Assembly: GCA_030141605.1 (NCBI GenBank)
Contig: JAQGDQ010000076.1
Coordinates: 647,202 to 711,201, forward strand
Length of the DNA: 64,000 nucleotides
Direction: 5' to 3'
Source: Tubiluchus corallicola
Lineage: Eukaryota > Animalia > Priapulida
In this document: positions 29,401-43,400 of the stretch, piece after piece
Layout: each line of letters begins with the position of its first letter
How positions within the stretch are numbered: the first letter of the stretch is position 1
Translations under genes and position numbers: made by a program
Notes under the pieces: generated by a model
What the model was told of the DNA's origin: nothing
Databases searched by the model: none
What the model saw: only the letters and a program-made list of their open reading frames with translations

Positions 29401-32400
29401 CAGAAACAGTTTTCTTGGCAGTTGGCATTCACCCAACCATCTACTAATCAAATTCGGCTGTGTTTGAGTTGGAGTCAAGCACACGCTGTGACCATTCGAC
29501 TATTCCTTTTGCCAACTTTGTCAACGGCTAGTAGAAATCGTAGTCTTTCTTGGTTGCATTTCTCTTACTGAACCATACATTGAAGAGAAAGTGATTTTTA
29601 CTACAGAATTCTGGCAACTAGGCTTCACTATGCTGTTCATTATGCGACTCTGGAAGTTTATAAGGAAAGAGTTACAAGCTTGACCATCACATCGTACATA
29701 GAATATTCCCGCACAGAAGACTAAATAGTAAACCCACTAAAAATTTTGATAAGTGGGTAAACATGTTTGTACTGTAATAGTCTGCTGTGTTCTCAAATTT
29801 ATTTTTAGGTGGTCTTTATAGCATTCCTGAGCAGACACGTGATTGCACTGCCCTATCAGTTTTTTTGTAGTAAAATTTGTCTTTAATAGCTGACCCTGCT
29901 AACGATTGACTTTATGAACAACATATGGCTGTTGGTGTCTTCCAAGAGAAGAGAATCTGCACAGTATTGCAGACAGTTTTACAAAAGTGCTAAGTTTCTC
30001 TTGGGTGTATACAAGAAGCTAGTTGCTAGCAAATTTAGGGAAAGAATGATTGCATGTTGTTGCATACTATTAGAATTGATGGAGAAATGGATGTGTTAGA
30101 AGTATGTGAAATTTATTACAGTGCCGATGATTCATTATCAGATGGTGAGGAGGTAAAGGCTTTTATTGTGTTAGAAATTTGAAGTCATTTGAATCTGTGA
30201 TTGTTGAAAGTTTTAGGTAACTGGTTACGTTGAGCTTATATTATTTTTACGTTCTCAAAGTGCTATTTATGTTTCTGCAGAAGTTTGCCTTACTCTCTGA
30301 TAATTCTCTTATTCCAGAATAGGATTTCTAATACTGCTCGCATTGTTGTTCTTGTTCTTGTTATAGCTCACTTGAGCTCGTTATTTCATTCGTATTCAAA
30401 ATTATCAAAATCTCTTCATTCTGAAAACGAGGAATTTATAATGATTTAATTTGGTAGATAGTACAGCAGAAATTTACTTTCGTGCCATCCAACTTTCGCA
30501 TATTGTTTTGAATTCATTATCTTGTATTGTATTAACATACAACTTTAACGTTTGCTTGTAATATTATTTTGCTTATATTTGAGTAACTGGTTGGGTAACA
30601 GACAAGAAATCTGCATCTGGTCGGTTGCGTCTGCAATATACTTCACCCAGCTGTTTACCTTTGGAAAGGGTACATACACGTTTGAACTTTACAAAAATCT
30701 CTGTCAGTTTACTGTTTCAGCCTACAGGATTATCATTAATAAGAGTTGGGTACTGGCCCAGCCATATGCAATAGTATATAGCCCCCTTACATTGATGTTT
30801 AACAAAAAATAAATAAATGTCTTAGAACATTCCTGTGTGTACATGTTCATTTTATGCACATTAATTAATTGTCAAAGATTTTATGTACACAGTTTAGGTA
30901 AATGCTCGATATCGAGCTGCAACAAAACACCGTCTCTTCGTAGCAATAACTTGAGCAAAATACAATACTAGAAGAAGCTTTCACATTAGTTAATTTTCAA
31001 AGGTTTTATTTACTGCAGTGTTTGTTAACTGCTAGTCCTTCTTATCTTTGAAACAATAACCTGGACAAAATACATCCATGTAGAAGAGGTCAGAAAGACT
31101 TGTTCGTGCAAAAAAACAATTATTTTTTATCCTCAACCCTGTGATGCACCTGACTTCCATTTCTTTAGCAATCCATGGTGCCAAGTTCGGATGTCACCAC
31201 TGCATGCAAAAGTGTTTCCCATCTACTTTTGAGCGCGTTTAAGTGCAGTAATCGTTCTGAGTCACCAATGACCAGATGAAACATGTTGTTTCAATTAAGT
31301 CATCTTCTTAAACTGCTAACTAGTTTATTCTGAGACGAGCTCAAAATAATACACGTAGTCTTGCGTTACCCAACAGCTTTCGTCTACGTTGCTGTGGAAG
31401 AACATGAGTAGACGTGTTTGTTCGGTATTTTCAGCAGTGGGATATCAGCAAAAGAAACACTTGACCTGTCCGAAATGTCTCGGGCGGATAGAAATATCCG
31501 GACGGGTTGTTTGTCTTATCTCGGATATCTCAGTAGCCTCGTGTTGATATGTTGTTCCAAGCCAGAAGAGCAACATTTTGTTAAACTCAGTTCTCAGGAG
31601 GGAGATGCCTTGTTTTTATTTGGTGGCTGCTGCTGACACATTTCCTTTACTTCTCTTCTTTGGTTATTATGTAATTTAAAAAGCACTTTGTTAACCTGCT
31701 GAAGTTTTCTTCTGACACTGTTTACTTAGGCACAGTTTATAACACAAGAAAATATATCTTGCTGCAGTTTCTCTATTTTTTCCAGGAAAAAGAGGTGTAA
31801 AAGACCAGGAAAGTCTGAAATTTTAACCTTGATTTAGTGACGCCTGTTACTAAAATAATTCTCTTATTTAATAATTAGTTAATTCGTTAATCAAGGTTTA
31901 CAACAAAAGCATACTGACTCTCCTTGTCCTTAATAAGAGCCAAACTAAGTCTTCCTGCTTGATTCTTCAATTGTGATCGCCAGACTAGTTATTTTTTGCG
32001 GAGGCAAGGTCAGTTTCTCTTCAGTTGCTGCCGATTTTGTTGTCTCAGCATTTCCATTTTTGCTTGTTTCATTCCCATTGTTCTCCTCTGGGTGATAATG
32101 GATGTAACCACAACTTCTTTTTTTGTTGTTCAGCTTTTCCAAAGTTCACATTTTTTGTTGGTTTCCCTTGTGGATTTCCCACGTCAGATTTTTCTCACGT
32201 CCTCTGGATATTTTTGTTGTTTATATGTAGCCAGATGTTTTTCCGTTCTGTTTAAAGTCTCGGCAAGTTTTTCAAGATCTAAATCGAGAGTCGTGTTTTT
32301 ATTGGTCGTCGGATCGATGCCCTGCAGGGGAACTTTGTTTATTCGAGAATATTGTGCAGTGGTGCGAAAAATTGTTGTTCTCACTTATTCTAGTAAAAAG

Positions 32401-34346
32401 ATGCATAGAAAACTCCGTAAAATTCTTCTAATTTATTTCTTTTTTTCGAATTTGCAGTCGAAATCTAGCCCTCTATATGTTTTCGAAATTCAGCCGCGTA
32501 TATTATTAGGTAAAAGGGTGTTTTTGTAATGAAGCAAAGCTGTGGTTTAGAGCTTTCCTAAGCAAGTGATTTATTTCGTTAGAAGGTCCGTCGATATTGA
32601 TTATGTCTAAAAAATAAAGGCGTGTCCATAAACGGAATGCCAGCTAAGGGTACGGGTTCCACAACTTCCACTTGTTTAGAGAGAACATTCAATTAAATTA
32701 GTGTACCAAATTCTAGAGCCTCAAAGAATTATGTTTACGACTTACCCAGTCCAAAATGCATTTAAAATGGCTGGCGTCTACCATCACCTCAGTGGATGTG
32801 GCTGAAGTTCTACTCTTTAAGTCATTTTTACACCAAAACGCAGAAACCAGACTGTGTGGTGGAAATACTATTCTACTAAGCCGTTAATTTTCAAGCAGTT
32901 ATTCTTCAACGACATGGTAGTACAAATTCTGCGATTATTATCATATTATGCGTCTTTTTATAGCCGTGATGCAAACTGCGTGATAGAAATTTTGTTCCTC
33001 GTATTACGTCATTTTACAGGCCAGTCGCAATCGCTGAATGCAAAAAGGTGGCACTTAACTTGATAGGCGCCCCGCTAAGTGTTGGCAGCTCTGTGGGCTT
33101 CACTGCAACTTTTTTAGCTTGGATACTATATTCAGCTGCCAACGTTTTACATATGTTAGCGTTGTGTTGGTTATGGCAGCTTGACTGATAGGCATCAGTC
33201 TCTGGGCTTCTCGTGCGCTATGCTGGTGCCCCGCTTCTCGCTGGCTTCTTTCTCTGGTGTTTTGATAGATTTAGTTTAACGTTTCTTGGAGTAAAACAAA
33301 TCCCTTGTTTAGATTTCGATAATAATTAAGTGCTGCTGTCTAATGCAAAGTGTTTGGTTGTAAACAGTGAAGTGTTTGTGTTTCAAATTTCGCGTGTTTA
33401 CCTGTAAATCACCTGACCACACGTGTGCAAGAATCTGCGGAATAATTTATGGTTTCACGTGGATCAGTCAGTCAACAGAACCATTATCGGGTGGTGTGAA
33501 TCTGTCCTAACCCTTTTGACACTAGGTTTTTTGGGAGCTAAATTCTCAACCTGTGTATCTTGGTTAAAAGTGGGTAATTTTCATGAAAAATGTCAATTGC
33601 GCTATCCTAAAACAAGCTTTCCCTCAAATCACACGAAATATTTTAGTGAGAAACCCATTACTTTCTGGCAAAGTGTCCCGATCCATTGCCGGGCAGGTAA
33701 AAATCATGACATTGTTCCAATAATCGCGTACCTTTGTTGGTCGCTACGCTATTTCCCGCGCATTTGACTTATTTTCCCAAGCATGACGTAAACAGATTCT
33801 CAGCCTGCAAAGACTTCCATGTTTCTCGCTGTTTGTTGACAGTTCCTGAACAAGTTCATGACAGTTTGCTTTTGGTTAACGACCGATTCTGCCAATAGGT
33901 TATGATGGGCATAAAGCTAGTTTTTTCCGGAAGGTCATTTACATCTTTGGAAGGAGCTTCCAAGTCACATATATACATGTTGCTTAGAATAGTTGAAAAG
34001 CGTTTTTGATAATACTCACTATGCTTGGTTGTGTTTTTTTAATGTTGTGCCCTTCCGTTTGTGTTGCGCTGATCTTATATAATTCAGTGTGTTCTTGGTT
34101 TCCCTAATTCACCTTTAGTCTATGTTACATTCGAATGCATTTCTTCGATATTATGGTTGCACCATATTTCAGATCTTGCTGCTATTCGGTCTGTGCCATA
34201 TAACGTTATAAAGTTATTTTTTATCTCTTTATGATTGCTTGTCTTTTGTGCGTTTTTCCTTCCGTTTACTTTTCCTCAAATATCATTTCCCAGCTTTGTA
34301 TTATCATCTTCTTTTTCTTAATTCTTTTCCTATCTTTCGGCCCCTT

Positions 34347-34406
<60 letters not shown>

Positions 34407-37400
34407 TTTCTCTCTTGCCGTTTCTTCTTCTTTTCTCCTGTCTCGCTTCTTTTTTCTTTTCCTTTTATTCTCGCCCTTTCCCTTTTTCGTTCTATCTTTT
34501 ATTCTGATTTGCCCTTATTTGCCATTCGTTCATTCTATTCTGTACCGTTCCAGTCGTATTTGGTCTCGCCTATTCTGTTCTATTGTGTTTACATTGTTCA
34601 GAGTCATATTCGGCCCGTTAGTCATGTTCTGTTCAAATCTATTCTGTTTTATTCTGTTCTTCGTTTTGTTGTGCCGGTCTTATATAACTTAAAATGTGCT
34701 GATCCTATATGTTTTTTATCTGGAACTTGCATTTTGAATTAGGTGAGAAAAATGCATGTTATCATTTAGTAAGTCTGATTTCATTCTATTTCATTTCATT
34801 TCAATTCTTAACTGGGCCCACATTTAGTTTGTCCACACCATATGGTTTCAAATTATTTTCTCTATCATGTTGTCAAAATTCTTTTTCCCAATTCTAAATG
34901 GTATCTGGAATTTTCGAAAATTAATTGACAAATTAAGTGGATTTGGGTAACTGAGCAAACAGCCATTGCTTGTTTTGACGAGGCTTTATTTTGTTTAACT
35001 AGACGTCTCTTTCACTTCAGCTGATGTTGTGATAGCAAGACCTTAAAATTGCTAGAGTGTGGCTGAAGAGTATAATATAGTGGCTCCTATAAATCTTGCT
35101 GTTAAAGAATGTGGCTTTTCTTGAGAATAGTTACTAGTACCACTGGCACTTCAAAAGGTTAAAAACTGGAGATCATTGGTTTTGTTGCCCTCATAGGATG
35201 TACGACTGAATGTGTTGTGCATTTGTTGCATAGGAGATAATCTGAACTTTGTCAAATTTAACAGAGGATTGCCGCTCGTGTAAACTGTATCTGAATTATG
35301 TTTCTGAGGTCTAAAGGTCAAGGTCACAAACCGACTTTGGGAAGGGTATACAACAAATCACATAAAAGGAATCAGTGAAATAAAGCCAAATTTGGGGTAA
35401 TTGTAGGTGTCATTTTTGTTTTGGTGCTCGTTAAGCTAGGTGTTAAGAACTTGGGGTCTTAATCAATTTTGCATTGTCAGTGATATGTTTCAGAAATTGG
35501 TGGCGGACAGTCAGGTATCCCTCCCCCACCACAAGTTTATATTTGAGCTTGTTAACTCAAGACAACAATCTAATTATTACAAGTAATCTTTGGTTTATTA
35601 GATATTCAACAACAAGTCATGTTACTTAGAAGGAGTTTTCATATAATTCACATGGTTACAGTATAAGATCCGAATATCAAATATTCCCTCATTTTGAGTC
35701 TTGAGTGATTTGAGTGATTGGTCTCTCAACGATTCCCCCCTATGAAATTTCTTGGGATTAATTATTTCCTTACTACTTAAAAAGTTGAAACGTAATTAGT
35801 ATGTTTGCAGTATTCTGACATTTCTTTGACCTTGGCCAGATATATGGTTTCTCTTCGTTGTTCATAGTATCACTGGCTACATAAAGTGATTGACAATAAG
35901 AACAACATCATCTTGATTCCAGCTGTCAAAAGCCATGTCTTATTGCATCGCATTTATCTGAGCCACTAATTGCCCTAGCTTCTGATGCGGATTCCATTTG
36001 AGAATGCTGACAACAGTGATGTTGTGTTTATCAGTTTGCATCGCGCAGCCAAGGTCGTATTCGTTAAACGTGTATCCTACCTACATTCCTGACAAGATGA
36101 GGAATTTAAGCCTGTTAAGTGGACGCTGGAACGATTTCACGAGATGTTTCAGAAATGTTTCAGCTACTGTAGGCTGTTGCTAAATATTCGTTAGGATTCT
36201 TAGGATATAAGTAACTTAAGTACAAGAACCAACGTGTGGTGGATAGTTTTCGGCAATTCGGAATTTGTAACTCTTCGGTATGTGCTGCCAAAAAATAATC
36301 TAATAATGAACTCGCAAATTAAGAAGCGGTGCTTATTCTGGGTACTGTGGGAGTTCCTTATGCCTTTCTGCATATTTTTTGGTGTTTGAAGCAGCATCAA
36401 GAAAAAAGCTGATGCACCAAATACTGCCCCTCCCTCACCTTCATAGCTCTTCGATTCATCTTAACCACATCTCTGCTTCACTCCACATTAAATAGTGGCC
36501 CCCTGGACCACATCTCCACATTGGTCCACGTTGGAAAGTTAAACTGACCAGCTGTCATGTTACTGACACTTAGGGAGTAATTACAAACTGTACGTAAACA
36601 ACAAGCAGAAGATATGTGAATAATCACATGCTAACAATGTTAAACGCGTTTACAAGAAAGAAGCCACTCTAGTATCAGAACTTTGTTCATCAGTGATTAA
36701 TTCTTGCCCCCATATAGGATGGTGTTTATTTCAGTGGTGACATTCGTAGACCTTGATCACTTTTCTAGGGAGTAAGCAACCATTTACTGAGAAATGCAGT
36801 ACAGTGGGTTCTAGATACACCTGATACTGCAGCAAATGCGTATAGCAGTATTTCTAACCGTGCTATACGCATTGAAATATTTTGGTTTGAGTTTGCGATG
36901 TTTGTGGAAAGTAAGAGCGCCCACGCGCTGCCTCCCCGTGGAGATTTCGAATCTGATTTCATTTCAACGACAGTTTTTTCTTGCAAGCATTGCGTCGCCC
37001 TTGTGGCTTCACCCACGATAAATTAGCTAGGAATTTGGCGCGCGACAGCTGATGGGGCTTAAAACTTAATTTGATGCCGATTTTTTTCTTGACATGTTTA
37101 TGCAGCTTATGAAATGGAAATGTTGTGCCCTGGCCCAGAAGTTCCACTGCCGTGCTTGGCGTACGACGTGTCAGATGGCATCTGCTAGTAATGATTCTGC
37201 GGTATTATTTACCGCACGACTGTTTTGTTATGCTTATCTGCTGGATCTCTTTGACGATCACAAAGACCGCAAACAGGTGCTTCTTGTGATTTGGCCAATT
37301 CTGGGTTGTATTTTATACGATGTTGTGCGGCCTTTACACTTCAGACCCTGGTAAATATGCGATGAAGATAAGCTGGTCGACAAATATCTGATTAAATGAC

Positions 37401-40400
37401 AGGAATTTGCTTGCTTTTTGTTTTAACCTTCCCGCTCTCTGTTTTACTTTCTTCTTTTTCTTATTTTTGCTCGTCCTATTCTGGGTTTCCTCGTTTTGTC
37501 TTTTTACTTCTCAACCTGCTCTTTCAAAACTTTCAAAAATCACGTGCTATACATGCTTCTGAGATGGATATGTTTAATTAGGATAGAGGTGATGATTATA
37601 TTTAATCATGGAAAATTTTATGGTAAGAGATTCCTTTTAAAGTTCTTTTTTCAAAAAAATAGTACGGAAGAATTTGGGTTAAAAACCAGCGCAAACCAAA
37701 CGAAATTTGAATTGGTTCGGGCGCACTTAAAACATTTCAGTTTGGCATAGAGGAAAAATCAGTTGATTCCGAGGTTGCATTAAGGTCGTCTGTTATAATT
37801 AGAAGACTTGTCCCTGAAGCGTGGCAAAAGCGACTGTATTGGAACATTATTTAACAAGTGAATTATGTTTAAGTAACAAAGTTCTTGGAATTTACTGACG
37901 TCTACAGCTGCCTGTAAAATACTGGTATTTCGATAATTTAGAATTTACCAAATTAAGTACTGCCATCATTGACTTAAGTCCAAAGACTGTCTGAATCGTA
38001 CTAGTTAACTTCGGGGGTGAATGTGCGTGGTCTGTTTAATTAATTAGTGGAATATAATTAGAACTATGTTGCAACTACGCTATCCTTATCTGTTTTTTCC
38101 TTGCGTTAGTCTACTTAAATATTTTTCGACGTTTAGTTTGGAATCCAAGCTATATATACCTAGGTACTGGTTTCAGCCAGAAGCCAGACCACATAATCTT
38201 GTACTCGCTTTCCTTGAACTTGTAATACTAGAAGACAAGTTGTAACTTAAGCTTGCGGTCATTTTTGCTCGGCATTCCTGAAGTGAATGTGGCCCAGGTT
38301 TCAGCTCTAATAACATCAGCACGTCTTAAAAAGATTTTCTTTGCTGTGTCTTGGTGACATCTTAGCACCTCGATGCCCCTGTGAAGTTGTATTAGAGTTC
38401 TCAAGTACTGCTTTAGCTATAAAAACGAACTGGCAATGATGCATTTTAAGACTATTTCTTTCAAATATCTACGATTACAATCATAATTTTTGATATCGTC
38501 CTTTAATCTTGTTCAGTTTTTCAACAGAATATTTATTAAAATAACTTCTGATTTGTATAAAAAAGAAGCCAAGCTGCAGTCCGCGGCATAAGCCATACAC
38601 AGTAGCTGCGTATGGATTTCGCTATCAGTGTAGATCACACTGTAAAGTTCAGTTTATGGCAAATCTGTTTGTTTTTGCACCCAGTTTCTGAGCTATATGT
38701 CGACACTGTTGCGATGAGGTGTCGAAGTGATGTTTGTTTTTCTTGACCCGGTTACTGGTTTTGTCTACTCCATTGGTCCATTATCCTAGATTATTTTTGT
38801 TTGTTCAAGGAGCAAATTTTTAGAAGAGAATTAAAGTTGGGGTTTATCAGGGCAGTTGTAGTTTTTCTGGCGAGCTTTCGATATTTGTGGAATTATGACT
38901 GACCAATGAAGATATATATCACTTAATCTGTGGCCATCTTCCCTTCATAGTTTTGCATTATTTTACTATTTATTTCAAGAACTGTAAACCGTTTCTTAAT
39001 CTGTGCTTCTTAGTTCTTGGTTTAATTTGATTAGAGAAATAGCATCACACTGTATTTGTTGGTGTAAAACCGTGTTTGTAACTTGCATCATATTTAAGTG
39101 TTCAGGTCTATGTGAGTCAAATAAATTGTATTTCTCCAAAGTCAACGTTAAAATTAAATGCTCAAAAATTCACAACTCAGTTAAAGCACCCAATTTGCAA
39201 CCTATTTGGAATGACCAATTTTTGAGGTTTTGTCGCATTGCGTGCAGGTGACATTGATGTAACAAATGACATTAATATGTAATGGACAAGAGATAACGAT
39301 TAATTGTGAACTATGTTAGGTTTCTTTGGTTCTTTTTTCTGGTCTTTATTATCAACTCTGACCTCAAGCAGGTTTTATTTAGACCTACTCATGTGTCACG
39401 TGAAATAGTCACACCGCTACCCAACTCATGACTTCACGTATTGCTGCTCTGGGGTCGAGCTGATGTAATCCGCATAATTTCAAACAAGATTAAAAGGACT
39501 TTCGGTTCTTAGAATTCCTTTTTTGTATTCCCGAAAAATAAGGCTCTTGCTTCCCGTCCGACCAATAAACCTTCTTAATCCGACTTCTCGACTTCTCTGG
39601 AAAATTGCATGGCGATAATTTATACCACATGAATCCAGACAACAAGATGTGAGGAAGGGGTTAAACTGGGAACGCGTGTGAAGCCAAGCACTGTATGTGG
39701 TACTCTAATACAAATGTTTTAGTGTATTTTTCATATGCTCGAAAGTTGCGCAAGCAGTTCGGTGTTTTCAACTTACTGGTTTATCTTACATAGTTAAGGA
39801 ACTTCTTATAGCTTTGGGCTGCAATAACTGGACCTCCAGTGACTTTAAGCCTTCCCGAACTTGGAAAAAGATCGTTTGCGTTCCAATTGTGCTTACTGGC
39901 TTTTTGAAATGCTAGACGTTTTCCTGTTATTATTTTACCTGTTTGACGGAGATGCTAATTGTGTTATGAATATTTGGTTGCACTTTCTGGTTAGCATTGA
40001 CCATCAGATGCGTAGAGGCTTTATTCGTCAACCGTTTAATAACTTTACCTTCGAGTTTAACATCCTGTGTGCCATAGTTTGTTAATTCTCAATACTCTTT
40101 CACTGAGTTGTTTTAACAAGACAGGAGGCATTAAACACGGGAGGCGTTTAGCAGTGTGTTTAACGATCTAAGAAAATGGCACAGAAGACAGTAGAACAAC
40201 AGAGCTTCCAGCAGAGGATGGCTGTCCAAGTGGGTGTTGTGGCACGTGGTGACGAGCAAAACTATAACACTCAAGAGTACCAGACTGGGGTCAAATTACT
40301 GGAGGTGTGCAAGTCTTCAAACGCCATGAAAATGGATAATCATGGTCCACCGAAAAAACCCAAAGACAAAACGAACAAATTAAACTGTCAGTCTAGTACT

Positions 40401-43400
40401 AGTAAGCAAAATTGTTACGTGGAGGGTAATGACCCATTTTCAGAAGTGTTTAGCGATGTGCAAGATAATGAAGTGAAATTTCACTCGTTGCCAAGAACTT
40501 CTTCTGGTTGGAAGTATAATCCGTTGTCTATGGAACACAATGCAGACATGTTTAATTCATTACCACGTGGCAGCTTTGAAACCCAACAACAACCAAAGTT
40601 CTACTCATTGCCCAGGCGACGCCGACGCCGGAAGAGATCAGCCATTTGTGTTATCAACTTGGCCCATGTACAAAGTCAAGAAGACCTTGGTTCTCAGAGC
40701 TCCATCAGTTCTACAGACACTCTTACCTCCGATTATGGCTTAGAGGGTAGACTTGGTAAGCCATACAGCAGTCCGCGGTTCAATGCAATTCAACGAAGCA
40801 TCAGTGCTCAGGATCTAACAGTACATTCCAGGGGCAGCGTGTTCAGGCGCAGTATCAGCACCGGCACCTCTATCGTGGACTTGTCAAAAACAAAGAAGTC
40901 AACCTCTAGGGATTCCCTCTCATCCATTAATGTTGATCTGGAGGTTAGATACATTGATGCTGCATACAAGGAAAACACGGCCGATGCTGGAACTGGAGAT
41001 GAGTTGAGCATACATGACAAAAAGATAAATATCTATTTTTTCTTCTTAATCACAATGTATCGAATGTTTTCTAAAATTGCAAGTGTCAGTGTGTAACATT
41101 ATTCAAAACTAATCATTATAAATATAGTATGTAACTCTTTCTTGGCAGGTAATTTTTACGTCAGCTACCTTGCACTAATTATTGGTTATAGACAACACAC
41201 AGATGTGCAAATGTTTATTAATACACGGCTGTACACTTCTAAAGTTGCAAAATGACTGCACATACATATATTTTGTAACCTAGCAATTATTAATTTTTCC
41301 TAAATTATGTTTTTGATATCATTGCCCCAGCAGTTTGGACTGATATCAAAACTATACCGCATTAATAGTGATGCTAAAATAATGCACACATATTGAAATT
41401 GTGCAGAATTCATTGCAAAAGCCATTAAGTATCATCACTACAACCATATCAGCCTATTTATTGGTTATCTAACATGATAAAAATAAAACTAACTTGCTCA
41501 CTTTTCATTTAACAAAACATCGTAATATTGAAATACATAATAAAGCTTCTCAAATCAAGATATGCTTTAAATCTGGGATAAAAATGCTTAATTCTAAATA
41601 CGTCATTGTTATCCTGGTAATTGCTGTTTTCAGGAAACTCCCAAAACACTATGGCACTGTTTATTTTAAAGACATTTATTTGCTAAAAGCAAAGTTTAAT
41701 TACTTAAATATTATCGTAGTTCACGTTTGGGTATGATGGAAGAGTAGCTTGTTTGCATAAAACAGATGTTGGAGCAGAAAAACGTGCTAGCGTACGCATA
41801 GAGTTATGTTTAGCCCGGGTGTAAGCTGTAATCTCACAGCTGTTGAAACATCGAGACCCTTAATGGTGGAGGACAATGATGCATAGGTTGTTGTGGAAAC
41901 TGAAGCATCGGCAACTTTTTCTGGCGGCATCTGAAACAGCCGCAGGGCGGTGACACCTAGTTCTGGATTTTGTCAAAAATTTTGTAGTCTCACTGCAATT
42001 TTGCACATGCTGCTGGAATATTGCCTGCTAAGTAGGCGTGGGTCAAATTTTATAATTTATTAATTTTGGTGCAGCACAAACAACATATAAAGTATAGCAA
42101 AAACACACAATGAAGTACAATGTATTCTAAAAATGTTGTACAAATAATTTACTTTCTGGCAAAGCCTGGAATATTATTACAATATATATATATATATATT
42201 TTAAATTATTAGATGAAAATATATGTATCTGCAGTAACGTATTCCAATATTTGTACAAGTTCATTGTGAAAAACAACTGATTAGTCTTGGTTTTGTAAAT
42301 TGAACTCAAATTGTTTAGAAACATTTCTGTAAAATCATATAAAAACTCAAGTGCTGCAGCACATTTATCAATTAACAAACTAATTAATAAACAAAAAGTT
42401 ATGCATAAAGGATGTAGCTGTAATGTGTGTGAAACCAAGCTAAAGTCACCTATGAGCACATTTCTGACATGGCTTTTTTGGGCCTTCCATAAAACTTTTA
42501 CAACAGTTAGACCCATTGTGAATAAATGTAATTTCTATGGCAACATGTACAAATTCTGATTAAAGGGAAATATAGTTTCCACAAATAAACTAAGCTTTTA
42601 GGATTCAGTTGTAAACTGTTATTGGTTTAGCGCCACCTGTAAAAGTTATCATCATAAGTTCTGTGTTTCTCGAAACAGGCAATGACCCTATTAATCCAAT
42701 AAATGCACGAAAGCAGTACTAAATTAGAAAGCCCGAAAATAAGTTTTTGTGTTTTCATTCGGACTTGAACCCAGGCCTTCTGCTTTCCGGGCAGCTGTAC
42801 TAACATCTACACCACAGAGGCACGGTGACTTTTCAGACTTAGAATAAGGTACTAGACGTCTATTAGTAACAATGACAGTGATTGTTAGTGATATAACTGT
42901 GGTAGATTTACACAGAAATAGAGTTTTTCATTTTTTGACCTTTTGTTATGTAAATTTAGCATTGCAGACTAATCTAAAATTTTTACGTCTGTTTTTCTAC
43001 ACAAACGACTTTTTGTTAAACGACTTTAACTAATCACACATCATAATCATCATTGATTTACTATATATGGTGACTATCGTGTGTGTGGTGTAGCTGCTGC
43101 ATTTCTCTGCATTTTTCTCTTTTCCCTTTCCCCCAAACAATATATATTTCTTTTATCCCACAAAATTATTTTATAGAAAATAATATTCATGTTAATTTTA
43201 AATATTAGTAGCTGACAATTAAAGAAAACACCACGCGATTAAAGAAATAAGTCAAGTGACTAAAGAAAAAGGGGTGCAAAATTAGAAACTTACTAATAGT
43301 TGCAATGTGTAACCATATATGCAACAGTTTGTGGTATCTATGAAATGCTGTCATGAGTACTAAATTATAAGTGATGGCCTGGAATTTTAGATTACATAAG

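Noticed and set aside
31996-32529. 177-aa plus-strand hydrophobic ORF
   Set aside because: Non-ATG start; it is the T-rich antisense shadow of the A-rich decayed segment on the - strand.
34231-34742. Long Leu/Ser/Phe-rich ORFs resembling membrane proteins
   Set aside because: Produced by the (TC)n and pyrimidine-rich low-complexity tract, which lacks stop codons.
40173-40943. The intronic ORF as an internal cassette exon inside full-length spectrin
   Set aside because: The nearest frame-compatible acceptor after the in-frame TAA at 40161 is ctAAG| at 40172, with no pyrimidine tract. A first-exon model fits better, though this is not formally excluded.
40944-41096. Last 50 codons of the 306-aa ORF as a true C-terminus
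   Set aside because: They lie past the phase-0 donor and grade into AT-rich intron-like sequence ([12 protein letters not shown]). Kept only as the alternative hypothesis.
42754-42821. Functional tRNA gene
   Set aside because: Acceptor stem does not pair and the anticodon arm is non-canonical; treated as SINE-like.
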